Below are positions 10,082 to 19,097 of a stretch of DNA of 64,000 bases, in pieces. How positions within the stretch are numbered: the first letter of the stretch is position 1; every line of letters begins with the position of its first letter. The translations under genes were made by a program, and so were the position numbers. The notes beneath the pieces are model-generated. The model was not told where the DNA came from, searched no databases, and saw nothing but the letters and a program-made list of their open reading frames with translations. The stretch comes from Terriglobia bacterium (lineage in GTDB: Bacteria > Acidobacteriota > Polarisedimenticolia > Polarisedimenticolales > JAIQFR01): positions 1,664,001 through 1,728,000 of the forward strand of contig CAVVHE010000004.1 in NCBI GenBank assembly GCA_963748015.1, written 5' to 3'.

Positions 10082-11521
10082 TCAGGAGTCGCGCCCGCGG
10101 TTTCGCTCCAGGGCGCTCTTGAGGGCGTCGCCGAGGTTGGTCCCGAACGAGGCCGCCGGCTGTGCCGGGGGCTCGTCGCGCCGATCCTGGCGATCCCGCT
10201 CCCGCGGCCGCTCGGACCCGCGGCGCTCGGCGCCCGGGCCGGAGGGATAGCCGCGGGGCGATCCGGCATCCTCGGCAGCGGCCGTCGCCGCCTCGTCCAT
10301 CGTCAGCCGGATACGGCGTCCGCCGTCGGCGACGTCCACCAGAGTGACCTCGATGTCCTTGCCGACCGGGAAATGCCGGACGAGGTCGGTGCCTCGCGCC
10401 GTTCCGGTCCACGCGTTCGGGACGAGGCCGACCTGCCCGGGACCGAGCCAGACAAAGACGCCGAACTTCTCGACCTTCTGCACCTTCCCTCGGAGCTTCG
10501 CGCCGGTCTCGAGGACGACCGCTCCGCCCGCGGCGCCTTCTTCCGGAGCCGGCGCCAGGCTCATGCGCCTCCGGTCCGCGTCCACCGACACCACCAGCCA
10601 TTTCCCGGCCGTTCCAGGCTCGAGCCCGGCGTCCCACCCGCCGGCGGACGGCGGGAACTCCCTCGCCGAGGCGAGCGCCTCGATTCCCGGCAACAACTCG
10701 ACGAACGCACCGAAATCGGCGATTCGCCCCACGGTCCCCGGGTAAACCTGCCCGACCTGGAAGCGCTCGACGATGCCCTTCCACGGGTCTTCTTGCGCCT
10801 GGCGGATGCTGAGAGAGATCCTGCCGGTCTCGCCGTCGAGCTTCAGTACGCGCACGGCGACGCGCTGGCCCACCTGGAGCGCGTCTCCGGGCGTCGCCAC
10901 CCGCGCCGGTCCGATCTCCGAAACGTGCACCAGTCCCGTGACCCCCGCGCCGAGATCCACGAACGCTCCGAAGTCGGCGAGACGGGCGACGCGTCCCTGC
11001 ATGATCGTTCCTTCGATCAGGGTCGCCCGGACCGCCTTCGCCTCGTCGACCCGGTCGGCCTCGAGCAGCGCGCGCCGCGAGACGACGACGTCGTCGCCCC
11101 CGTGGCGCATCTGCAGGATCTTGAACTTGTACGTCTTGCCGACGTGCTCCTCGGGGGTGTCCACGCGGTGCAGATCGATCTGCGAGTGCGGGCAGAATCC
11201 CCGGCACCGCCCGACCTGTATCTCGTAGCCGCCCTTGATCACCTTGTCGACCTTGCCGTCCACCGGGAGCCCGGCCCGGAACGCGCGGGCTACCGCGGGG
11301 TCTCGGGGCTTCCGGCGCGGCGGCTTCGCGGGCCGCGAGCCGGCGCTCGATTCCGCCTTGGCCTCCTCGCCCGCCGGATGGGCGGCCTCCTCTTCCGTCG
11401 CCCCTTCTCCCGGATCGGCCGCTGCCTCGGCGGCGGCCTCCTCTCCGGGATCGTGCTGCGTCGTCGGGGGCTCGTGGGAGCCGGTTTCGGGTTCGGGGGA
11501 AGGTGTTGACTCGTCGCTCAC
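10082..11521 (-). CDS. S1 RNA-binding repeat protein (RpsA-like paralog)
   Basis: Four S1 repeats (GFCPHSQID, FGAFVDLGAGVTGLVHVSEI, FGAFVELLPGIEAL, FGVFVWLG); GAGAGG RBS before GTG 11521. Confidence 0.85.
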   Translation of the reverse strand: MSDESTPSPEPETGSHEPPTTQHDPGEEAAAEAAADPGEGATEEEAAHPAGEEAKAESSAGSRPAKPPRRKPRDPAVARAFRAGLPVDGKVDKVIKGGYEIQVGRCRGFCPHSQIDLHRVDTPEEHVGKTYKFKILQMRHGGDDVVVSRRALLEADRVDEAKAVRATLIEGTIMQGRVARLADFGAFVDLGAGVTGLVHVSEIGPARVATPGDALQVGQRVAVRVLKLDGETGRISLSIRQAQEDPWKGIVERFQVGQVYPGTVGRIADFGAFVELLPGIEALASAREFPPSAGGWDAGLEPGTAGKWLVVSVDADRRRMSLAPAPEEGAAGGAVVLETGAKLRGKVQKVEKFGVFVWLGPGQVGLVPNAWTGTARGTDLVRHFPVGKDIEVTLVDVADGGRRIRLTMDEAATAAAEDAGSPRGYPSGPGAERRGSERPRERDRQDRRDEPPAQPAASFGTNLGDALKSALERNRGRDS

Positions 11522-11695
11522 GGCATACCTCTCGACACGTCTCCACATCCGGTCGCCGTGGTTCTCGCCGGACCGCCTCGCGATCCCAGGCTGAGGCTCG
11601 GGACGGGATGCTCGATGGAACCTTCCTATTGTGCCACAAATGAGGCCGAGACTCCCGGTGATACCCTAGTTCCCGCCCGGTGGAGGCGTACCGCC

Positions 11696-12895
11696 ATGAG
11701 GTCGAGGAAGACGATCGAGCGCCTCGAGGAGCCGTCCCGTCCGGAAGATCCGGAAAACGGGATCCCCGTTCGCCGCAGGGCCGGCTGGATGCGCCGGCTC
11801 TACATGACGCTCCGGACCGAGCACACGACCCCCGGAAAGGTCGCCGGCGCCGTCGCGGTCGGCGTGTTCGTGGGCTGCTCGCCGTTCTGGGGGCTCCACC
11901 TCGCGATCGGCCTGGTCCTCGCCACGGTCCTCCGGCTGAACCGCGTGCTGGTCTATGCCGCGGCCAACCTGGCCAATCCGATCACGGCCCCGCCCCTGAT
12001 CTTCGCCGAGGTGCAGGTGGGGCATCGCATCCTGCTCGGCACCTGGCTAGGGCTGAGCATGGACGAGGTGGTCCAGGAAGGGCTCACCGGCCTCTTCCGC
12101 GACTTCCTCGTCGGAAGCCTCGTGGTCGGAGGCGCCCTCGCGCTGCTGGTCGGCTTCGCGGCGTGGCTGATCGCCCGCGCCGGACAGCGTCCCGCGCACT
12201 ACCAGGATCTCGTGGACGCCATCGTCCGCCGCTACCTCGACGTTTCGATCCGGGACGCCGAGGCGGCGAGGTTCGCGCTCGTCCGAGACCCGATCCTCCC
12301 CGACCTTTTGGACGAGCCCATGTTCGCGGATGCCCGCCGGATCTTGGACCTCGGCTGCGGCCGCGGCGTCGTGGCGGCGCTTGTGGCCGCGGGACCCGGC
12401 GGCTTCGGCAGCGACCGGTCCTATCTCGGCGTGGACCTGTCCGAGCGCTACATCCGGGCGGCCCGGGAAGCGCTGCACGACGTCGCGGGCGCGTCGTTCG
12501 CCACCACCGATCTGCGCGACTTCGACCCGCCTGCCGCCGACGTCGTCCTCCTGGTGGACGTCCTGCGGTTCCTCCCTCTCTCCGCGCAGGATGCGCTCCT
12601 TCGCCGGCTCGGCCGGGTTCTTGCTCCGGGGTCGACCCTCTTCGTCCGCGAGGTGGACGCCGCGGCAGGAGCGCGATTCCGGTGGACGGCGGCTCTCGAG
12701 TTCCTCACGCTGTTCCTGCCGGGGAGGCCGCACCACCGCTTCGGCTACCGGCGCGCCTCGGATCTTCGCAACGCCCTGCTGGCCTCGGGGTTCGACGTGC
12801 GCGATCGGACGACGGTGCGATCCGCCCCCCGCTCCGTGGTGTTTCTCGAGGCGGTCCGGCGGCCCGCCGCGGCTCCGCGCGGTCCTGTTTCGTGA
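11696..12895 (+). CDS. DUF2062 membrane domain fused to a class I SAM methyltransferase
   Basis: TPGKVAGAVAVGVFVGCSPFWGLH..NPITAP (DUF2062-like), then ILDLGCGRG, GVDLS, DLRDF and LAPG motifs; GGAGG RBS. Confidence 0.75.
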   Translation: MRSRKTIERLEEPSRPEDPENGIPVRRRAGWMRRLYMTLRTEHTTPGKVAGAVAVGVFVGCSPFWGLHLAIGLVLATVLRLNRVLVYAAANLANPITAPPLIFAEVQVGHRILLGTWLGLSMDEVVQEGLTGLFRDFLVGSLVVGGALALLVGFAAWLIARAGQRPAHYQDLVDAIVRRYLDVSIRDAEAARFALVRDPILPDLLDEPMFADARRILDLGCGRGVVAALVAAGPGGFGSDRSYLGVDLSERYIRAAREALHDVAGASFATTDLRDFDPPAADVVLLVDVLRFLPLSAQDALLRRLGRVLAPGSTLFVREVDAAAGARFRWTAALEFLTLFLPGRPHHRFGYRRASDLRNALLASGFDVRDRTTVRSAPRSVVFLEAVRRPAAAPRGPVS

Positions 12896-13872
12896 AGGCC
12901 GTCGTCGTCAGTCACCCCGGCGGCCCCGAAGTCCTCGACCTCCGCGAGGTCCCCGACCCTCCCATCGGCCCCGACGACGCGCGCGTCGCCGTCCGTGCCA
13001 CCGCGTTGAACCGCGCCGACCTCCTGCAGCGCCTCGGCCGCTATCCCGCGCCGCCCGACGCTTCGCCCGACATCCCCGGGCTCGAGTTCGCCGGCGAGGT
13101 GGAGGCCCTCGGTGTCCGCGCAGCCGGCCTCGAGCTCGGGGATCGCGTGATGGGGCTCCTCGGAGGAGGCGGCTACGCCGGCAAGGTCGCGCTCGACGCG
13201 CGAATGTGCGTCCGGATCCCGGCGGGACTCGCATGGGAAGAGGCTGCGTCGATCCCCGAGGCGTTCATGACCGCGTTCGACGCCCTGTTCGAGCGCGGCC
13301 GCCTCGTCGCGGGAGAGTCGGTCCTCCTGCACGCGGCCGCTTCCGGCGTGGGCACGGCGGCCGCGCAGATCGCCCGCGCCTCGGGCGCGAGGGCCATCGG
13401 CCTCGCGCGCGCTCCCGAGAAGCGCCGCCGCCTCGAGGGGCTCGGGCTGGACGGCGTCCTCGATCCCGCGACCCCGGGCCTGGCCGACGCCATCCGGCAC
13501 GCGGCGGGTGGCTCGGTGGACCTCGTCGTGGACCTCGTCGGTGCCGCGACCTGGCCGCTCGACCTCGAGGTCCTCCGCACGGGCGGGCGCCTGGTCCTCG
13601 TCGGCACGATGAGCGGCAGTCGCGTCGACGCCGATCTCTCGCTCCTGATGCGAAAGCGGCTCACCGTGGTCGGAACCGTCCTTCGCAGCCGCCCCCTCGA
13701 CGAGAAGATCGCCCTTACCCGGGCCTTCGAGCGCGACGTCCTCCCGCTCTTCGCCGACGGACGCCTGCGCCCGATCGTGGACCGCGTCTTCCCCCTCGAG
13801 TCCGCCGCCGCCGCCCATACCTGGATGGAATCCAACGCGAACTTCGGCAAGATAGTCCTCCGCGTGTCGTAG
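12892..13872 (+). CDS. NAD(P)H-quinone oxidoreductase (PIG3/zeta-crystallin, MDR family)
   Basis: GGPEVL, ALNRADLLQR.G.YP, PGLEFAGEV, AAASGVG and C-terminal GKIVL; GTGA overlap with the upstream gene. Confidence 0.92.
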   Translation: MKAVVVSHPGGPEVLDLREVPDPPIGPDDARVAVRATALNRADLLQRLGRYPAPPDASPDIPGLEFAGEVEALGVRAAGLELGDRVMGLLGGGGYAGKVALDARMCVRIPAGLAWEEAASIPEAFMTAFDALFERGRLVAGESVLLHAAASGVGTAAAQIARASGARAIGLARAPEKRRRLEGLGLDGVLDPATPGLADAIRHAAGGSVDLVVDLVGAATWPLDLEVLRTGGRLVLVGTMSGSRVDADLSLLMRKRLTVVGTVLRSRPLDEKIALTRAFERDVLPLFADGRLRPIVDRVFPLESAAAAHTWMESNANFGKIVLRVS

Positions 13873-14263
13873 CGGGCCGGTTTCCGCCTCGCAGGGAAGC
13901 GAGCTCGAGGCCCGCTGCCCTCGCGGCCCTTTCCGGGCCGGCGAGGGTGCATTCGGCCGAGAACGAGCGGAGCGTGGACGCGGGAAGATGACCGCGTCGA
14001 TTCGGCGGCCGGCTCGCGGCGGCGCGGGCGAGGAGCCCGGCCAGGCGATCGCCTGGGTCTCGCGCATGCGGCTTGCGAGGCGAAGACAAGGGCGGAGCCT
14101 GGGTGATGCATCCGACACCCCCCTCCGGGAAGTGCCGGGACTACCCGTCCGCCCGAAAGCGGCCAATTCAATTGCTACCTACACGACGCCGCCGCCCCCG
14201 CTAACGCGGGCCGGACATGAGCGTATTTGCTGATCGACGACAATTGGTCGGGAGGGGCAATCC

Positions 14264-14914
14264 ATGAGCAGGACTCTCTTCGCGTTGGTATTTTCCGTCG
14301 CGGCCGTGAGCGGGGTCTCGACCCAGCCTGTCGGCGTCGGACCGAGCTCTCACTGGGTCGGGGAGCGCGCGATCGATCACTATCGCGTGTACGGCGACGG
14401 CGTGACGGCCGAGTTCACGAGCGTCGACACGAGCGCTTGCGACGTGGGGATCGAGACGACCGTCAGCGTCCACGCCAGCCAGGGCATCGTCTACGGCACC
14501 GACGAGCCCATCGAATCGAGCGTCGTCTCGATCATCGTCGGCGTGTTCGACCGGTGTCTCGACATGCCGGTGCTGTCGGTCACGGGAAGAGGCCCGGCCG
14601 ATCAGCTCCAGCTCAACCCGAACCTCAAGTCGGCCAACCTGCGCACCACCTTCGGAGGGACCGACGACGCCGGCCGGCCGGTCGTCATCACGGCGGACCT
14701 CGTGTGGAACGGAGCGGGTCACAAGGACCGCACCAGCGACCACGATAGCAACCACGTCGGGGTCTTCGTGTTCGTTTCGAACTCGACCGGCACGATTCGC
14801 GAGGCGGTCGCCGGGGGCACCGTGACCGTCGACGGCCTCGACGTCACGCCGCTCCCTTCGGTTTTCGGGGTGATCGAGAGGAACTCGACGCGTAGGCTCG
14901 TCATCTACCGCTAG
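14264..14914 (+). CDS. Hypothetical secreted beta-rich protein
   Basis: GGAGG RBS, Sec-type signal peptide (MSRTLFALVFSVAAVSG), 216 aa with two Cys, coding-like codon use. Confidence 0.7.
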   Translation: MSRTLFALVFSVAAVSGVSTQPVGVGPSSHWVGERAIDHYRVYGDGVTAEFTSVDTSACDVGIETTVSVHASQGIVYGTDEPIESSVVSIIVGVFDRCLDMPVLSVTGRGPADQLQLNPNLKSANLRTTFGGTDDAGRPVVITADLVWNGAGHKDRTSDHDSNHVGVFVFVSNSTGTIREAVAGGTVTVDGLDVTPLPSVFGVIERNSTRRLVIYR

Positions 14915-14927
14915 TGTCTCGTCCGGG

Positions 14928-16040
14928 CTACGGCGCGACCGTCACCAGGGCTTCGACGCAGGCCGCGAAGTCGGGGACGGCGGCGGCGGGATCCGCGCCC
15001 GCGACCCCGCGGTCGCGGAGGGCCGCCGCCAGCTCGCGCCAGCGCTCGCGCGGAACCTCGAGGCGCCACGCGCCCGGCGTGACGTCGAGGGGAATCGCTC
15101 TTCCTCCGAGACTCCGCGCGAGGCGCGCGAGCCCTTCTCCCGAGCTCCGCGGATCGCCGCTCCTGATCGTCCAGCCTCCGGGAGGCGACGCGGACCACAG
15201 GCTCGCACAGGCAGCGCTCTTCTCGTCCGCAACGTTGCGGAGCTTGGCGCCGGTCGCCACGGATGGAGCATACGCGGCGGCGGGCTCGGTCCGAGCCGGT
15301 CTCGGGGCCGGAGGCTCGGCCGCTGCCTGGTCGCTCGCGGCCTCTCCGACGCCGACAACGCCCCCCATCACGCCACCGACGACCCCTCCCACGACACCGC
15401 CTGCGACCCGCCCCTCGGTGTCCTCGTCGCGTCCCGCCACCCCTGCCCGGGCAGGCGCATTCTCGGCCGAGGAAGCGGGAGGCGCGGAGCGCGGCGCGGC
15501 ATCGAGTTTCTTCTCTCTCTTGTCGAGTGGAGCCCCGGCCGGCTGTGCGAAGACCTCGGCCGGCCGCTCGGCCCCGCCGGCGGACGAGGTCGCGGTGCCG
15601 GAGTCCTTCCCCTTCTCCTGCGCCGGAACGACGGCGCTCTCGGCCGGAGCGGAAGGACGCGAGCCGACCTCGATCGACGGGGCCGCCAGGCGGCCGTGCT
15701 CGCTCCACCAGACTCCCGCCACGATCCCGAAGACGGCCAGGGTGGCGGCCGCCGTGAGCGGTACGCGCGCCCGCCACCAGGGGCGCGCCGGATGGCGCCG
15801 CGCCTCCGCGGCCGCCCCCCGAACCCGCCACGCGATGCGCCCCTCGAGACCCCGCGGCACGGGGGGCGGCTCCTCGCCGGCCGCGGCGCGGGCGACCACG
15901 CGGAGGCCCGCGAGCAGGTCCCGGCAGTCCGCGCACCCGCGCAGGTGCGCCTCGAGCGCGCCGCGCTCGTCGGGAGCCAGCTCGCCGTCGAGCAGCGCGG
16001 AGAGCTGCTCGCGAGGATGGTGCTCGTCGCGACCGCTCAT
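14928..16040 (-). CDS. Zinc-binding (zf-HC2) membrane anti-sigma factor
   Basis: LSALLDGEL..HLRGCADC (HxxxCxxC), one TM helix and an extracytoplasmic tail; ATGA-coupled to the ECF sigma. Confidence 0.85.
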   Translation of the reverse strand: MSGRDEHHPREQLSALLDGELAPDERGALEAHLRGCADCRDLLAGLRVVARAAAGEEPPPVPRGLEGRIAWRVRGAAAEARRHPARPWWRARVPLTAAATLAVFGIVAGVWWSEHGRLAAPSIEVGSRPSAPAESAVVPAQEKGKDSGTATSSAGGAERPAEVFAQPAGAPLDKREKKLDAAPRSAPPASSAENAPARAGVAGRDEDTEGRVAGGVVGGVVGGVMGGVVGVGEAASDQAAAEPPAPRPARTEPAAAYAPSVATGAKLRNVADEKSAACASLWSASPPGGWTIRSGDPRSSGEGLARLARSLGGRAIPLDVTPGAWRLEVPRERWRELAAALRDRGVAGADPAAAVPDFAACVEALVTVAP

Positions 16041-16648
16041 GGCACTCCGGCCTCCATGCACTCCTTGAGCGCGATCCGGGCTCGGGAGAGGCGCGAGCGG
16101 ACGGTGCCGATCGCGAGATCGAGGACCCTGGCGATCTCGTCGTACGCGAGCGACTCTCCGTCCCGGAGGGCGACGACCGCCCGCCACGCCGACGGGAGCC
16201 GCGACACGCAGTCCGCCAGGCGCCGCAGCAGCTCGCGCGCCTCGAGCGCCTCGAGCGGGGTCGGCGCGCCGTCGGCCAGCCTGGAGAGCGGCGGCTCGCC
16301 GTCGGGGTCCCCCGCCGCGGGCTCGTCGATCGGCCGCGATGCGCGCCGCAGCTTCTCCGCGGAGCGATCCACGTAGTTGAGGGCCCGTGTCACGGCGATC
16401 CGGTGGAGCCACGTCGTGAAGGCGCAATCTCCCCGGTATCCCGCAATCCCCTGCCATGCGGCGAGAAAGACCTCCTGCACGACGTCCTCCGCGTCGGCGT
16501 CGTGGCGGACGATCCGCCACGCCACCCGCCACACGCGCCCGAGGTACGAAGACACCAGCCGGTCGAACGCATCCCTGTCGCCCTGCCGGGCCCGGTCCAC
16601 GAGGTTCCGCTCGGCCTCGTCCTCGCTCGCCTGCCGATCTTCCGCCAT
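16037..16648 (-). CDS. ECF RNA polymerase sigma factor
   Basis: DAEDVVQEVF, FTTWLHRIA (region 2) and YDEIA.VL.LAIGTVRSRLSRAR (region 4); start ambiguous (16648, 16660 or 16687). Confidence 0.92.
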   Translation of the reverse strand: MAEDRQASEDEAERNLVDRARQGDRDAFDRLVSSYLGRVWRVAWRIVRHDADAEDVVQEVFLAAWQGIAGYRGDCAFTTWLHRIAVTRALNYVDRSAEKLRRASRPIDEPAAGDPDGEPPLSRLADGAPTPLEALEARELLRRLADCVSRLPSAWRAVVALRDGESLAYDEIARVLDLAIGTVRSRLSRARIALKECMEAGVP

Positions 16649-16720
16649 GGTCCTGAGCATGCCACGCTCTTCCTGTCGTGTCTCCACCCCCGGTTGGACC
16701 GCCCCGTACGGGGGAAGTTC

Positions 16721-18103
16721 CCCATGGTGGGCGCGAGATTGTGGGGTCCCGTTCCAAGGAGAATCGCCCGTATTGGGTATCGCGCTCGGGTCAATAGGCT
16801 CGAGCGAGGGTATGTCGCCGGTTGTTGCCGACGGCCGGTGTGATCCACAGGCGGTCGTAGAGCTCCTGCCAGGTCGCCGGCAGCAGAGCGCGGGTGGCGA
16901 AGAGCCGCTGCGCCAGTACTTTGTCCCAGCTCCAGGGTGCGCTCGCGAGCCCCCGGTACATCGCCGGCGTCACCGGCGCTCCCGGTTTTCGCTCCGACCT
17001 CCGCTTGATGAAGTTCCGCCAGACCGCGGTCAGGAACATCCGCTCCATCAGGGCGTTGAGGCGACGCCCGAACGCGATCGTCTCCCGCCGGTGGTGCGCA
17101 CAGGTGTGTCGCAGGATCGCGTGGAGCAGGTCCACGGGGAACATGGCGGCGTCGCGACGGCGGGCTTCGGGGGTCCGAGGCGCGTCCTTGCGGCGCCCCT
17201 TGGGGTTGGGAAAGCGGAGGTGCCGGATGCGGGAACTCCCGGAATGCCCTTGGACCGCGCTCACGTAGGCATCGTGGCCGTCGGTGATCAGCCTCAGCGG
17301 GGTTTTGGACTCGGCCAGCGGGAGCAGCGTGTCGAGGATCCGGGAGAACGAGGCGCGGTAGCCCCCTCGGCGCATCGGAGAAAGGGCCCTGGAGCGCCTT
17401 TTCGGATTCCCGCCCGGCTCATGCGGCGCGGGGTCGAGCCCGTAAAGGAACCAAGACCGGGCCCCGACGGCCGTGGCGATGCCGAAGGGAAAGTCCTGGC
17501 TGAACGCGAAGCTCTCGAAGTGATCGACGACGACGGGCTCGTCGAGCGGTGGCGAGACCCCCAGGGCGCGGGCCAGGAGGAGGATCGCATGGCGGCCGAG
17601 CCGTGCCGCGCGGTGGGTGACGGTCGAGGGGGCGCAGCGGAGGGATCGCGCGATCTGGCGATGCGCGGATCCGGCCTCGAGGGCCGCGGCGATCGGCGGC
17701 CCGAGACCGGGGCGCTTGAGGTAATAGGAGCAGGCGAAGGTCTGCTGCGAACACGTACGGCGGCAGAGAGCGCATCGATAGCGCGGAACCCGGCGACCGT
17801 CGGAAGCACGGCGGTAGGCGCCATGACGGTGGAAACGAGCACGGACTCCGTCGGGGAGCCGATGCTGACGGCAATCGCGACAGGGGCAGAAGGGGGGCCA
17901 GAAGCAAACTGCGTCCCGTGCTTCGACGGCGAGGTCCGGCCAGTCCATGTCCGGTCATGGGCAGCAATCCGCAGGCCCAGGGGGAAAGATCGGAAACAGC
18001 CCACTTCGCGAGGCAAGCGAAGGACGGATGTCCGCCGGCGTACGGCGCCCGCGGACACGCCCGTCCGCTCACGGACGCTCCACAATCTCGCGGCCACCAT
18101 GGG
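16721..18103 (-). mobile_element. Insertion sequence, IS1-like, 1383 bp
   Basis: 24-bp inverted repeats CCCATGGTGGSCGCGAGATTGTGG (16721-16744 / 18080-18103, 1 mismatch) enclose a single transposase-like ORF; no target duplication visible. Confidence 0.8.
16791..17948 (-). CDS. IS1-like transposase (Zn ribbon + HTH + RNase H-like catalytic domain)
   Basis: CPCRDC..RYRCALC zinc ribbon, RQIARSLRCAPSTV HTH, VVVDHFESF, LITDG..AY, FPVDLLH..LRH, RNF and TPAM.RGL...W motifs. Confidence 0.8.
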   Translation of the reverse strand: MDWPDLAVEARDAVCFWPPFCPCRDCRQHRLPDGVRARFHRHGAYRRASDGRRVPRYRCALCRRTCSQQTFACSYYLKRPGLGPPIAAALEAGSAHRQIARSLRCAPSTVTHRAARLGRHAILLLARALGVSPPLDEPVVVDHFESFAFSQDFPFGIATAVGARSWFLYGLDPAPHEPGGNPKRRSRALSPMRRGGYRASFSRILDTLLPLAESKTPLRLITDGHDAYVSAVQGHSGSSRIRHLRFPNPKGRRKDAPRTPEARRRDAAMFPVDLLHAILRHTCAHHRRETIAFGRRLNALMERMFLTAVWRNFIKRRSERKPGAPVTPAMYRGLASAPWSWDKVLAQRLFATRALLPATWQELYDRLWITPAVGNNRRHTLARAY

Positions 18104-18120
18104 TCTGGTACGATTCCCAC

Positions 18121-19023
18121 GTGGCTTCCTCAATCGCAACGGCGCTCAAGGCCGCGGGCTTTCGCGGCGAGATCCTCGCGGAGGAGCCCCTCGCCGCCCA
18201 CACGACCTGGCGGATCGGCGGCCCGGCGGAAGCTCTCGCCACCCCCGACGATCGGGACGACCTCTTGCTCGCGGTCCGCTTTGCTTCCGCCGCGGGATTC
18301 CCGTGGAGGGTCCTCGGCAACGGCTCGAACCTTCTGGTGCGCGACGCGGGGGTTCGCGGCCTGGTCTTTCGGCTGCGGCGGGCGCTCGGCGCCATCGAGG
18401 CGAGGCAGCCCCGCATCCGCGCGGGGGCCGGCGCGTCGCTGCCGGCGGTCGCGAACCTGGCCGCGTCGGAGGGGCTTTCGGGGCTCGAGTTCGCGGCGGG
18501 GATTCCGGGCACCGTGGGCGGCGCCCTGGTCATGAACGCCGGGTGGCACGAGCACGAGATCGGTAAGGTCGTCGTCGAGGTGGAGTTCCTCGGCCCCGAC
18601 GGGACCGTCGCGACGTTCCCGCGCGGCGCGTGCTCGTTCGGGTACCGGACCAGTGCTTTCCGCGGCGTCGAGGGAATCGTCCTGGGGGCGTGGCTCGAGC
18701 TGTCCCCCGACGATCCCGCGCGGATTCGCGAGCGGCTGTCGACCTACGCGTCCGTCCGGCGCGAAAGCCAGCCCACCGAGTTCCCCTCCTGCGGCTCGGT
18801 GTTCCTGAAGCCCGAGGGGGACTTCGCAGGCCGCCTCATCGAACAGGCCGGCCTCAAGGGACGGAGGATGGGCGACCTCGAGGTCTCGCCCAAGCACGCG
18901 AACTTCATCGTGAACCGCGGTCGCGGCACCTCCGCCGACGCGCTCGCGCTCGTGGAACGGATCGAGGAAGAGGTGTTCAGGCGGTTCGGCGTCCGCCTCG
19001 TCCGCGAGTTCGAGATCTGGTAG
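18121..19023 (+). CDS. murB: UDP-N-acetylenolpyruvoylglucosamine reductase
   Basis: HTTWRIGGPA, GNGSNLL, GIPGTVGGALVMNAG, FGYRTS, SCGSVF.KP and KHANFIVN motifs; start at GTG 18121 (the upstream ORF extension lies inside the IS). Confidence 0.96.
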   Translation: MASSIATALKAAGFRGEILAEEPLAAHTTWRIGGPAEALATPDDRDDLLLAVRFASAAGFPWRVLGNGSNLLVRDAGVRGLVFRLRRALGAIEARQPRIRAGAGASLPAVANLAASEGLSGLEFAAGIPGTVGGALVMNAGWHEHEIGKVVVEVEFLGPDGTVATFPRGACSFGYRTSAFRGVEGIVLGAWLELSPDDPARIRERLSTYASVRRESQPTEFPSCGSVFLKPEGDFAGRLIEQAGLKGRRMGDLEVSPKHANFIVNRGRGTSADALALVERIEEEVFRRFGVRLVREFEIW

Positions 19024-19097
19024 GAACCCTTTCCGGACGCGGGTTTCCGCGCTGGACCGTGTTACTCTGAGAGCGCGATTCCGGCGGGGGTGAAAGC

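Noticed and set aside
17947..18120. 58-aa N-terminal extension of MurB in the ORF track
   Set aside because: It lies inside the IS end and IR; MurB homology starts near GTG 18121.
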